The notes beneath the pieces were generated by a model. The model saw only the letters and a list, made by a program, of their open reading frames with translations. It did not search any database and was not told where the DNA came from. A stretch of 64,000 nt of DNA from an uncultured Verrucomicrobiae bacterium. Lineage in GTDB: Bacteria > Verrucomicrobiota > Verrucomicrobiia > Chthoniobacterales > JAATET01. Both the position numbers and the translations under genes were made by a program. Below are positions 32,181 to 41,117 of the stretch, piece by piece. Location: NCBI GenBank assembly GCA_963719495.1, contig CAVRCI010000003.1, forward strand, positions 149,833 to 213,832, written 5' to 3'. Positions within the stretch are counted from its first letter, which is position 1; every line of letters starts with the position of its first letter.

Positions 32181-33743
32181 GTGACACCGTATTTCATCAC
32201 CACCGCCATCGACTACACCAACGGCGCGCCCCACATCGGCCACGCCTACGAAAAAGTCCTCGCCGACGCCCTCGCCCGCTACCAGCGCAGCCTCGGTCAC
32301 GAAGTCTTCTTCCTCACCGGCGTCGACCAGCACGGTCAGAAGGTCCAGCAATCCGCCGAGAAGCTCGGCGTCGCCCCCGCCACCTTCGTTGCCGACCTCA
32401 CCGCAAAGTTCCAATCTCTCTGGACCCAGCTCGGCATCAGCAACGACGCCTGGGCCGCCACCACCGATCCCCTCCACGTCCGCTGCGTCCAAGGCATCCT
32501 CCAGCGCCTTTTCGACGAAGACCAAATCTACAAATCCACCCAGACCGGCCTCTACAGCGTCCGGCAGGAACAATTCGTCACCGACAAGGAGCGCGGCCCC
32601 GATGGCAACTTCGGACCCGAATGGGGCGAAATCACCGAGATCGACGAAGAGAACTACTACTTCAAACTCGAACGCCACCGCGACTGGCTCCTCGCCTTCC
32701 TCGACGCCCATCCCTCCCACGTCACCCCGGCCTTCCGCCTCACCGAACTCCGCAACGCCGTCGAAAAGCTCACCGGCGACCTCTGCATCTCCCGCCCGAA
32801 GACCCGCCTCCAGTGGGGCATCGAACTCCCCTTCGACGCCGACTTCGTCACCTACGTCTGGTTCGACGCCCTCATCAACTACATCTCCTTCGCGGGCTAC
32901 GAGGCCACCAATAACCAACCACCAACAACCAACAACACCTTCACCCCCCCCACCCTTCACGTCATCGGCAAAGACATCCTCATCCCCGCCCACGGTGTCT
33001 ACTGGCCCATCATGCTCCACGCCATCGGGTTCGCCGACGCCGACATCCCGCCCCTCCTCGTCCACGGCTGGTGGAACATCGCCGGCGCGAAAATGAGCAA
33101 GAGCCTCGGCAACGTCGTCGATCCCGTCGAACTCGTCGAAAAATACGGCCCCGATACCATCCGCTACTACCTCCTCGCCGACATCGTCACCGGCCGCGAC
33201 GCCGACTTCAACCTCGACCGCCTCGAAGACCGCTACAACGCCGATCTCGCCAACGGCATCGGCAACCTCCTCAATCGCACGCTGAACATGGCACACCGAT
33301 ACCGCGGCGGAACGTTAAGAAACGTCCGAACAAACGTAGCTAATCTCGGCCTTCTCCGCGATATCGCCAAGTCGACCGTCAAGAATGTTACTGATATGTT
33401 CAAACAAGCCCAGATCTCGCGAGGGCTTGATGAAATCGCTTTGCTAGCGTCTCAGTGCGATTTGTGCATTGAAGCCGAAAAACCGTGGGCGAAAGCTAAG
33501 CACCAAGACCTGACCAACGCGGAAGATCTCGACGCTATCCTCTACCATCTTGCGGAAACCCTGCGCATCCTCGCCATCCTCCTCACCCCCATCGTCCCCA
33601 CCGCCGCCGAGAAAATCGCCGCCCAACTCGCCATCGACCCCGCCAACCTCACCTTCGCCCACACCCCCTGGGGAGGTCTACCCGACGGTCACACCCTCGG
33701 CACCCCAACCCCAGTATTTCCGCGCATCGAGAAATCCTGTTAA
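32181..33743 (+). CDS. metG: methionine--tRNA ligase
   Basis: HIGH, YVWFDALINY, HVIGKDI, KMSKS motifs. Confidence 0.96.
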   Translation: MTPYFITTAIDYTNGAPHIGHAYEKVLADALARYQRSLGHEVFFLTGVDQHGQKVQQSAEKLGVAPATFVADLTAKFQSLWTQLGISNDAWAATTDPLHVRCVQGILQRLFDEDQIYKSTQTGLYSVRQEQFVTDKERGPDGNFGPEWGEITEIDEENYYFKLERHRDWLLAFLDAHPSHVTPAFRLTELRNAVEKLTGDLCISRPKTRLQWGIELPFDADFVTYVWFDALINYISFAGYEATNNQPPTTNNTFTPPTLHVIGKDILIPAHGVYWPIMLHAIGFADADIPPLLVHGWWNIAGAKMSKSLGNVVDPVELVEKYGPDTIRYYLLADIVTGRDADFNLDRLEDRYNADLANGIGNLLNRTLNMAHRYRGGTLRNVRTNVANLGLLRDIAKSTVKNVTDMFKQAQISRGLDEIALLASQCDLCIEAEKPWAKAKHQDLTNAEDLDAILYHLAETLRILAILLTPIVPTAAEKIAAQLAIDPANLTFAHTPWGGLPDGHTLGTPTPVFPRIEKSC

Positions 33744-33744
33744 T

Positions 33745-33834
33745 TGACTCGCTCGCTCCCGCTCGTCTCGCCCTTCGGGCTACACCGCAAAGCCAGTGTA
33801 GTCTGCCCCGCAGCTTCCCAGCCCCCGGTGCTCA
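33745..33834 (+). repeat. 90-bp dispersed repeat, copy 2
   Basis: Matches 8937-9026, with substitutions concentrated in a stem. Confidence 0.85.
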
Positions 33835-33902
33835 GTCAATCCAGTTAATCCTGTCAATCAAGTTAATCCCGTTTAGTTGGCGATCAGCTCCGTTCCACCC
33901 CA

Positions 33903-34880
33903 GTGCCCACCGATCTCGCCACCCTCCCGTTCCTCAAGCGCACCCGCTACCGTGCCGAGCACGCCGCCCTCCGCGCAGCCGCCGACCTCATCCCCCTCCT
34001 CCCCTACGAGGCCCTCGAGCCCCTCGCCAACACCGTCGGTGCCGCCGCCTACCAGCTCGACACCCGCGGTCGCACCACCGCCCACGCCAACCTCGCCGCC
34101 GTCTTCCCGGAAAAGCCCGCCGACGACCGTGCCCGCATCGCCCGCGCCAGCTACCAGAGCTTCGCCCGCGCCATGCTCTGCCTCTTCTGGTCCCCTAATC
34201 TCACCCCGGAAAACATCAACCACTACATCGGCATCGAAGGCCTCCACGACCACCCCATCCATTTGGATCAAACGAGGCCCGGCATCTACTACACCTTCCA
34301 TTTCTCGAATTTCGAGTGGTTCGGCCACGCCAGCGCCCACGCCGTCACCCCCGGCCTCATCGTCACCCAGCAATTCAAGAACCCCCTCCTCGGCCCCATC
34401 TTCGACGCCCTCCGGTCAAACTGCGGCCACACCGTCATCCCTCAGGCTCGCGCTCTCGTTCGCCTGCTCAAACACCTCAAAGCCGGCCATAAAACCGGAG
34501 CCGTCACCGACCTGTCCCTCGACCCCAAACACGGCGCGATCCCCATCAAATGCTTCGGCCTCTGGACACCCGCCAGCCCGCTCCTCTCCGTCCTCTCCAC
34601 CCGCACCGAAGCCCTCCCCGTCCCCTGCGAAGTCCGCCCCCACCCCGACGGCACCTTCCGAATGGTCTACCACCCCCCCGTCGAGCTTCCGCCATCCGCC
34701 ACGCCGCGGGAGATCACCCAAGCCTGCTGGGACGCCATGGAACCCGCCATCCGAGCCCGCCCCGAGTGCTGGCTCTGGGCCTACAAACAATGGCGCTTCC
34801 GACCGGAAGACACCGAGGGAAAGACCTACCCCACCTACAGCAACCCAGCCAAACGCTTCGAAAAACTCCTCAAAGAGTGA
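33903..34880 (+). CDS. lipid A biosynthesis acyltransferase (LpxL-like)
   Basis: HFSNFE (H-x4-E), NP, and PECWLWAYKQWR motifs. Confidence 0.85.
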   Translation: MPTDLATLPFLKRTRYRAEHAALRAAADLIPLLPYEALEPLANTVGAAAYQLDTRGRTTAHANLAAVFPEKPADDRARIARASYQSFARAMLCLFWSPNLTPENINHYIGIEGLHDHPIHLDQTRPGIYYTFHFSNFEWFGHASAHAVTPGLIVTQQFKNPLLGPIFDALRSNCGHTVIPQARALVRLLKHLKAGHKTGAVTDLSLDPKHGAIPIKCFGLWTPASPLLSVLSTRTEALPVPCEVRPHPDGTFRMVYHPPVELPPSATPREITQACWDAMEPAIRARPECWLWAYKQWRFRPEDTEGKTYPTYSNPAKRFEKLLKE

Positions 34881-35061
34881 GGGGAACGCACGCGTCCCGC
34901 GTGCGAGAGGCACCGTCCCGGTGCCTCACCCGGTAATTCGAGCAAAGCGAGAGAGCCGAAGGCAATCATCAAGGAGCGGGGGGTGGCCTTCGGCGGTCTC
35001 CGCTTCGCTCCGGCTGCCGACCCAACCCAATCCGGCAAAGCCGAACACTTCCCTCACCAAG

Positions 35062-35091
35062 AAAAAGGCCCCGCTCACCAAGAGCGGGGCC
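35062..35091 (-). terminator. intrinsic terminator after the desaturase
   Basis: GGCCCCGCTC-N5-GAGCGGGGCC with a T5 tail on the minus strand. Confidence 0.8.
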
Positions 35092-35127
35092 CGCAAAAAC
35101 CAGAGCGCAAACGAACCAGCCGAACCG

Positions 35128-36282
35128 TTAAGCCGGCAAAGCCACCGAAGAAAAGGCCATCCGCCGGGCCTCGCCCCACTCGCGCATCGCCTCACGCAGA
35201 CTCTCCGTCGCGGCCGCCAGCTCACGCTTCAGCTCCGCCCGCCGCGCCCGCGAGATCTCCCCGTGCCGCTTCGCCGCCTCGCGCGACTCCGCCAGCAACG
35301 TCTCCCAGCTCTCGACCGCCGCGTGCATCCGCTCCTGCGTCCGCGTGATCATCGCCTGAACCGACTCGCAAATCGCGCCTTGATAGGTCTGCAAATGCTC
35401 GTCGAGGTGCCGCTGCTGCTCCAAGATCTGAGCCTTCACGATCCGCTCCTCCGCAACCCGCCGCAGATTCGACACCAAGCCTAGCTTGTGCAGCGTCCAG
35501 ATCGTCCATTTCGTCGGATCGAATTGCCACGGCTTTACCCCGTTGCGGTAATCATACTGAAACTCGTGGTGGTAATTGTGATACCCCTCGCCAAACGTGA
35601 ACAGCGCCATCAAGAAGCTGTCCCGGGCCGAGATCTTCGACGAATAAGGCCGGTCTCCGATCCAGTGACACAGCGAATTGATGCAAAACGTCATGTGGTG
35701 CACGAAGACCACGCGAGCCACACCAGCGAGCAAAAACCCGCCCAGAGCCGCCGTTCCACCACCGTAAAGGTAACCAATGAACGCCGGCAGCGCGAAGCCC
35801 ATCCCGACGCCAATCAGCGCGTAGTAACGGTGCTGCCACCAAGCCAGCTTGTCCTTTTCCAGATCCCGCACCCACGTCAGCGGCGTGTCCGGCCCACGAC
35901 GAAAGAGCAGCCACCCGATGTGGGCGTGAAAAAAACCCTTCGAGATATCGTAGGGATCCTCGTCGTGATCGACGTGTTTGTGGTGCTTGCGGTGATCCGC
36001 GCACCACCCGAGCGCCGAACCCTCGAAGGCCGCCGCGCCGAAGAGAAGGGTGAAGAGCTTCACCGGCCATTTGGCGGTAAAGGTCAGGTGCGAAAAGAGC
36101 CGGTGGTAACCCAGCGTGATGCTGAACCCGGAAGCCAGGAAGAAAAAAACGAACAAGGTCAGCTGGAAGGCATCCACGCCGTGATTCCAGATGTAAAGCG
36201 GCACGAACGTGCAGGTTGTGAGAAAGGTCCCGATGAGAAACGCGCTGTTGAGCCAGCGGACTTTATTCAGATAAAAATTCAT
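35128..36282 (-). CDS. acyl-CoA (delta-9) fatty acid desaturase
   Basis: His boxes YHRLFSH, HRKHH, GEGYHNYHH; DPTKW. Confidence 0.93.
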   Translation of the reverse strand: MNFYLNKVRWLNSAFLIGTFLTTCTFVPLYIWNHGVDAFQLTLFVFFFLASGFSITLGYHRLFSHLTFTAKWPVKLFTLLFGAAAFEGSALGWCADHRKHHKHVDHDEDPYDISKGFFHAHIGWLLFRRGPDTPLTWVRDLEKDKLAWWQHRYYALIGVGMGFALPAFIGYLYGGGTAALGGFLLAGVARVVFVHHMTFCINSLCHWIGDRPYSSKISARDSFLMALFTFGEGYHNYHHEFQYDYRNGVKPWQFDPTKWTIWTLHKLGLVSNLRRVAEERIVKAQILEQQRHLDEHLQTYQGAICESVQAMITRTQERMHAAVESWETLLAESREAAKRHGEISRARRAELKRELAAATESLREAMREWGEARRMAFSSVALPA

Positions 36283-36545
36283 AGATGGAAGGGTGCGGTT
36301 CGGAAGCCGGGAACACTGCTCCGCCCCCCGCCCCGTGTCAAACGACAAGACGGCGGGAAGGCGCCCGCAATCCGGCAAACCGAGCGAAGCGAGCGAGCCG
36401 CGGCTCCAGCAGTGGCGGCTTCCCTTTCACCAACCCAATCCGATCAGGCGCCAGCCGGACATTTCCCGAGAAGCACCCACCGCAAACCAACACCCCACCG
36501 CCGACACCGAGACGGCGGTTACGTTCCCCAAAGCCCTCGCAAAAA

Positions 36546-38295
36546 GGGTGCAGGACAAAAATCTTCAAATCATGCGGCGAGGGGGAGCGTGTCGTTCTCA
36601 GCGGCGCGTGAGTTGAGGCGGTATTTCCAGAACGAGTTCGTTCTGCGGCTGGCATGGATGCACCGGAAGGCGAGGACTTTGTCCGCGCCAGGCTCGCCCC
36701 AGAACATGCCCGATTGCTTGCATCGCTTTCCGATGAGTGAGCGGCAGCCGGCTTCGACGACTCCGGAGCCGATGAAGTATTTTCTGGCCCGGAAGGTTCC
36801 GTATTGCATGCGCGGGATGTTGTTCACGAAGTAGCCCAAAGTGGTTTCCACCTGTGCCACATTGCCGCGAAGGAGGGCTTCCTGGCGCGCCTGCTTGATG
36901 ATGCGCTCGACCCCGTCGTGAGCGAGGAGTTTTTTCCAGTGATGTCTGCGGCGCTTGTTGCGGGCCTGCTCCGCTTTGCCCCAGAGGGTTTCGATCAGGG
37001 TCTGGAGGTGTTCCATGGCGTGGTAGAAGTCCACGATTTGGACGGCATCCGGAAAGTAATCGTGCCCGAGCTTTTCCAAGCCGGGGGCTCCGTCGATGAG
37101 CAGGACGGTTTCCGGGGCCGAGAACAAGCCGCGCCGAATGGCCTCGCGACGCAGGCTGATTCCAAAGTCCGAGGGGCTCTGGAAGGCGGAGAGGTAGGTG
37201 GTGGAGTCGTGGTCGCGCAGGGGGCGACCTTGGTCATCTTCTTTGGTCTGGGTGAAGACGCAACCGAGCGTGGCCATGCGGGTTTTGGCTTTTGCGTCGG
37301 GGGCTTTGCCTTTGCGGCCAGCGAGCTCTTCCCGGCGCATGGGCACTCCGGTGGCGTCCGCGCTGACGTAGAGGATCCTGGCCTCGCAGGGGCCGGGGGC
37401 CGATTCTCGTTTTTGCCACGCCACGGCGCACTCGCCCGTGCGGCCAACCACACGCTGGATCTGGCGCTCGGAGACGGAGATGCCGCCAGTTTCCGCGAGG
37501 TGGAAGCAAGCCTGCTGGAAGCTGCTTTCATCCGCTCCCTCCAAGCAGATGAGCCGGGCCAGGGCGGGGGTGTAGGCCCCTTCCAGACCGAGGGCCGAAT
37601 CGGCCGGGAAGTGGCCGCATTTTTTCCCGGGATGGTAGTAGTATTGGCGCAGCAGCGCGAAGGAGCCGAACATGCCCTGGACCATGAGAACCTCGCGCCC
37701 CTTGGCTTGTTCGCCGGGCTTGGGGAGGTAGGCCGCGTCAATGCGCTCGGCGGCTTGCTGCAGGAGCATGGCCACCAGTTCGTTGGCTGGTTTGAAGATG
37801 GCTGTGCGCACGAGGACTTCCAACTCGGCGACGGCAGTTCCGGCTGGCTCTTTGCTGCGGAACGCGGCGATCAGGTCTTGGATTTCCGCTTCCTGGGCGA
37901 GGCAGATGTTTGGGTCGGGCGTTTTTTTTTAGCCCCGGCCTTGCGATCCTGCCTGCTCTGCGCGGTGATCAAGTCCGCATACTCGCCGACAAGAGACTGG
38001 AAGCGATGATGGGCATCAATGTTCTCCTGGGCTTGGGCCACCTGATCGGCCGGGACGTATTCGGTCACGTTTCGCCCACCCTCCCTACGCTGGAGATTGA
38101 AGTAAGATCCGCTCTGGCCTTGACGGATCACCGAGAGCTTTCCTCGCTCCATGCGGTCGATGGCCGCGATTTGATCAAGGATGGCACGAGGTGCGGTATT
38201 TGGGTTCATCAATCAAACGTATATGTAAACGCATATACTTTGGCAGTAAAAATACCTCGCTTAAATGCTTTTTCAGAGATTTTTGTCCTGCACCC
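36546..38295 (-). mobile_element. complete Mutator-type insertion sequence (ISKra4/ISLre2-like), 1750 bp
   Basis: 19-bp terminal IRs GGGTGCAGGACAAAAATCT; 9-bp target duplication TCGCAAAAA at 36537-36545 and 38296-38304. Confidence 0.9.
36570..38212 (-). CDS. DDE transposase in two ORFs joined by a probable -1 frameshift
   Basis: ORF-A 37871-38212 and ORF-B 36570-37823 (YVSADATG, IDGAPG, DFYHAMEH, IGSGVVE, GMFW). An A9 run at 37922-37930 opens the ORF-B frame. Confidence 0.85.
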
Positions 38296-38322
38296 TCGCA
38301 AAAACCCGACCGCAATCCTGAG

Positions 38323-38350
38323 TTGCGGGAAATCCTGGTCACGGTAAGAT
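38323..38350 (+). promoter_or_regulatory. putative sigma-70 promoter of tRNA-Leu
   Basis: TTGCGG-N16-TAAGAT ending 15 nt upstream of the tRNA. Confidence 0.5.
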
Positions 38351-38365
38351 CCGTCCCGCAACGCA

Positions 38366-38447
38366 GCTCGAGTGGCGAAATTGGCAGACGCGCCAGACTT
38401 AGGATCTGGTTCCGCAAGGAGTGTGGGTTCAAGTCCCTCCTCGAGCA
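38366..38447 (+). tRNA. tRNA-Leu(TAG)
   Basis: Acceptor stem GCTCGAG/CTCGAGC, D arm, anticodon arm CCAGA-CTTAGGA-TCTGG, long variable arm, GGTTCAAGTCC T loop. CCA not encoded. Confidence 0.96.
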
Positions 38448-38956
38448 TTACTCTTAAAATACTCATTTTTAGAGGGATACGAGATACTCCCGAAAAACCC
38501 CCCCGGCGTTTAGAAGCGTTAAACGGCGTATAGAGTCGCTCGATTTCTTTCCCATTTCTTTCCCAAGAAATCGCTGAATTCTGGATGTTTCGACTGCTCT
38601 GATGAGCGAGCTTGAGGAAAATTCGGCGAGATTGCTGGGGGAAAGTCCGAGTCTCCAGGCTTGAGTATCGTCAACCCACGGCGATTGGCTGCCTGCCTGA
38701 AGCTACGGGATGCGAGGAGTGGCACGCCCACCCAGCCCACACAGCTCCGTCACGGGTGCAGCATGTGATCAGATCTGCCGTCGTCGAAAAACTTGGCGCA
38801 ATCCGCTGGGATGCGCGGGACGACATTGCGACAACTCCAGATTTCGGTCCCCGGGGTGCGCGTATCGGACTTCGACGTGGTCACTGACTTTGAAGCGTTG
38901 GCCGTAATTTCGCTCGAACGACTCCAATTCTGTGAGGCGATCAGTTGGACTGACGC

Positions 38957-39301
38957 CTACCGGCACCCGTTGTCCGGACAGACGGAAATGGTGAGGTCTC
39001 CGTGAGAGTATTTGCCGCCAGTGACAGTCTGCTCGAAAACATCACGGGCATTCTGTCCGATCTCCTCTGCTTCGATGATCGCTAGGGTTTCAGCCCGAGT
39101 GCGCATCTCCTTGTGGATCGAGCCCGAAACATTGGTAATGTCCACCGCGTAAAACGGTCCTCCAACTTCATCGATGTCGCAATCCAAGCGGAGCTTTTCA
39201 AGTAGCCCTTCAACATACGCAATCTCTCGTTTGTCGATGAGGCAACAGGTGATTTTCGTCGAACGTTCCGTGCTTTCGACAAAAACAGACAAGCGGTTCA
39301 T
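38957..39301 (-). CDS. hypothetical protein (possibly a remnant)
   Basis: 114-aa ATG ORF with protein-like composition; no recognised motif. Confidence 0.35.
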   Translation of the reverse strand: MNRLSVFVESTERSTKITCCLIDKREIAYVEGLLEKLRLDCDIDEVGGPFYAVDITNVSGSIHKEMRTRAETLAIIEAEEIGQNARDVFEQTVTGGKYSHGDLTISVCPDNGCR

Positions 39302-39391
39302 GGTTTCAAGATACGTTCAACCAAGACAGGACTACGACCCGACTCAAGAACAGATTCAGTTTTGCGGTCTATGCCGAGGATACGCCAAGTA

Positions 39392-39432
39392 ACTCTTGAT
39401 CAATCGGTTCCCGGTTCGAGCCTGGGGCGCAC
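39392..39432 (+). other. tRNA 3'-half remnant (tRNA-Lys CTT-like), possible att site
   Basis: CT-CTT-GA, TCAAT, CGGTT, CCCGG-TTCGAGC-CTGGG have canonical tRNA spacing. The 5' half is absent. Confidence 0.6.
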
Positions 39433-39513
39433 TTTTTTTCCTCCTGAGAGGCAACGATTTACGGGTCAAAACCCCGCTTACTCTAAAAAGTGTTCCGGAT
39501 TTTGACCGGACAA

Positions 39514-40842
39514 TCACTGACCTTTCTCGCGAGCGCTTCGGCGGTCTTCTTTGATGCGGCGGCGCGCGAGCTGCAACGCGTAGTCTTCCAGGCCCCTCAT
39601 GCCAGTCAGGCTACATGCGATGCGCTGAGCATTCTCAAGACGCTCTTGGTTGTCGCATGCGAACCCAGCGTCGTTCTCGATCTCGAACATTCGCTCAGCA
39701 AGTTCGTCAGTCTCGGGCGGCCTGATTTCGATCACGCTCCCCAATCGGTTGAGTAGCTCATCGGGCAAAATCTGAGCGTCTGAGAGGCGTTGAAATGTAA
39801 CTGGCTCGAGCGCTTCAATTTCCTCCTTGATCAGCACCGGACCTGCACCAAGCTGAGTGCGATATACGTCTTGAAACGCGCCGGCGGCAACGAAATGGCT
39901 ATTACGCAGAGCCGTAGTGTCGGCATCGGACCAGTCCGGCCAACGGTCAGCTCGGCCGTCCAGGAGGCTCATCACCTCGTCCCAAATACAGCGGAAATAC
40001 CCCGCGTTTCCGTCGTTATTTCCCATCCGCACTTTGTCGATTTCATCGATCACAATTACGCTCGCGCCGTGGTCGCGTAGATGCCGGCGTATACGTTCGG
40101 CGGTGGGCGTCTCGCCCCTACCTCCATAGATCAACCAAGAACCAACCGTCGCACCGAACGACTTGAGCCCGGCCATCGCTGCAACCGTTTCCGCGACCCA
40201 CGTTTTGCCGCTGCCCGACAGGCCGACCAGCAGCGCCGTAGTGCGTGGTTTGATGCCTCCAAACGTCCGTCCCAGGCGCTTTACAGCGATGAGGTAGGAG
40301 AGGTCTTTCATCGCCGCGCGCTGGGACTTGGTGCCGTCCGCAAATAGGTCTTTGATCGTCGGCGACGGCTCCGGGTCTGGTTGATTTACGGCAGATAACA
40401 CAACGTCTGCATCGACGGCAAAAATCGGTGCCGACCACGTTCTCCAGCGGAGAAAGTGGTTGCGCGCGGGATAGCTCATGTTATCCGCTAAAAGCCACTG
40501 CAATCCACCCAGTAGGCTCGGGTCGACAGCGCCGAGACTGCGCAGTGAGTGCTCGAGTTCGCGGGGGTAGCTCGCGAGAAAAGCCACATTCGAAAGGTCT
40601 TCAATCGCGGCGGTCCACAGCTCTAGCGCGGCGTATCGATCGAGCGTCTCAAGGGCCATGCACCGTAGTCCAGTCTCCTGATGAGCATATGAGGCGACAT
40701 CCTCTAGGTAGCCGGAATCGCGAGGCTTCGGGTGCTCTTTTCCCCATGCTCGAATGGCGTCAGACCAACGTTGGAGCGATAAGATCGCGTCATTTCGATA
40801 GATCTCGGCGAGATTGATTAAGCGGAGCGGAGTTCGGATCAT
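39514..40842 (-). CDS. divergent ClpX/HslU-like AAA+ ATPase with unknown N-terminal domain
   Basis: GLSGSGKT, IVIDEIDK, AAGAF, PDELLNRL, GMRGL. Confidence 0.75.
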   Translation of the reverse strand: MIRTPLRLINLAEIYRNDAILSLQRWSDAIRAWGKEHPKPRDSGYLEDVASYAHQETGLRCMALETLDRYAALELWTAAIEDLSNVAFLASYPRELEHSLRSLGAVDPSLLGGLQWLLADNMSYPARNHFLRWRTWSAPIFAVDADVVLSAVNQPDPEPSPTIKDLFADGTKSQRAAMKDLSYLIAVKRLGRTFGGIKPRTTALLVGLSGSGKTWVAETVAAMAGLKSFGATVGSWLIYGGRGETPTAERIRRHLRDHGASVIVIDEIDKVRMGNNDGNAGYFRCIWDEVMSLLDGRADRWPDWSDADTTALRNSHFVAAGAFQDVYRTQLGAGPVLIKEEIEALEPVTFQRLSDAQILPDELLNRLGSVIEIRPPETDELAERMFEIENDAGFACDNQERLENAQRIACSLTGMRGLEDYALQLARRRIKEDRRSAREKGQ

Positions 40843-41117
40843 TCTGACAAGATACGGACGCTGTCGTTTTCCCGAGATCGCGGCCCTCTCAGATGTCGGC
40901 TCCGGCGCTGAGACGAGGCGGGGCGATCAGATCAGGTTGTATCTGGCAGGCGTCCGCATGAGAGAACGCCACCTTTGTATTTTACACTATCAGTCGTGGT
41001 GGAAAATCGAAACCGAGATTGCCAGGATCAAGCGCCGCCTGAGCGTTTCTGGAAGAGTCGGAAAATTATTTTAAATTATTTTCAAAAAGCTGTCGAGCGA
41101 CTCAGTATCTATGAAGC

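Noticed and set aside
1..36500. Long overlapping ORFs such as 28812-31907, 18840-21005, 20105-22411 and 13477-15249
   Set aside because: Shadow frames of recognised high-GC genes, with Arg/Pro/Gly-rich low-complexity translations.
38600..38960. Short ORFs after tRNA-Leu
   Set aside because: Conflicting short frames on both strands with no motifs; at most degraded remnants.
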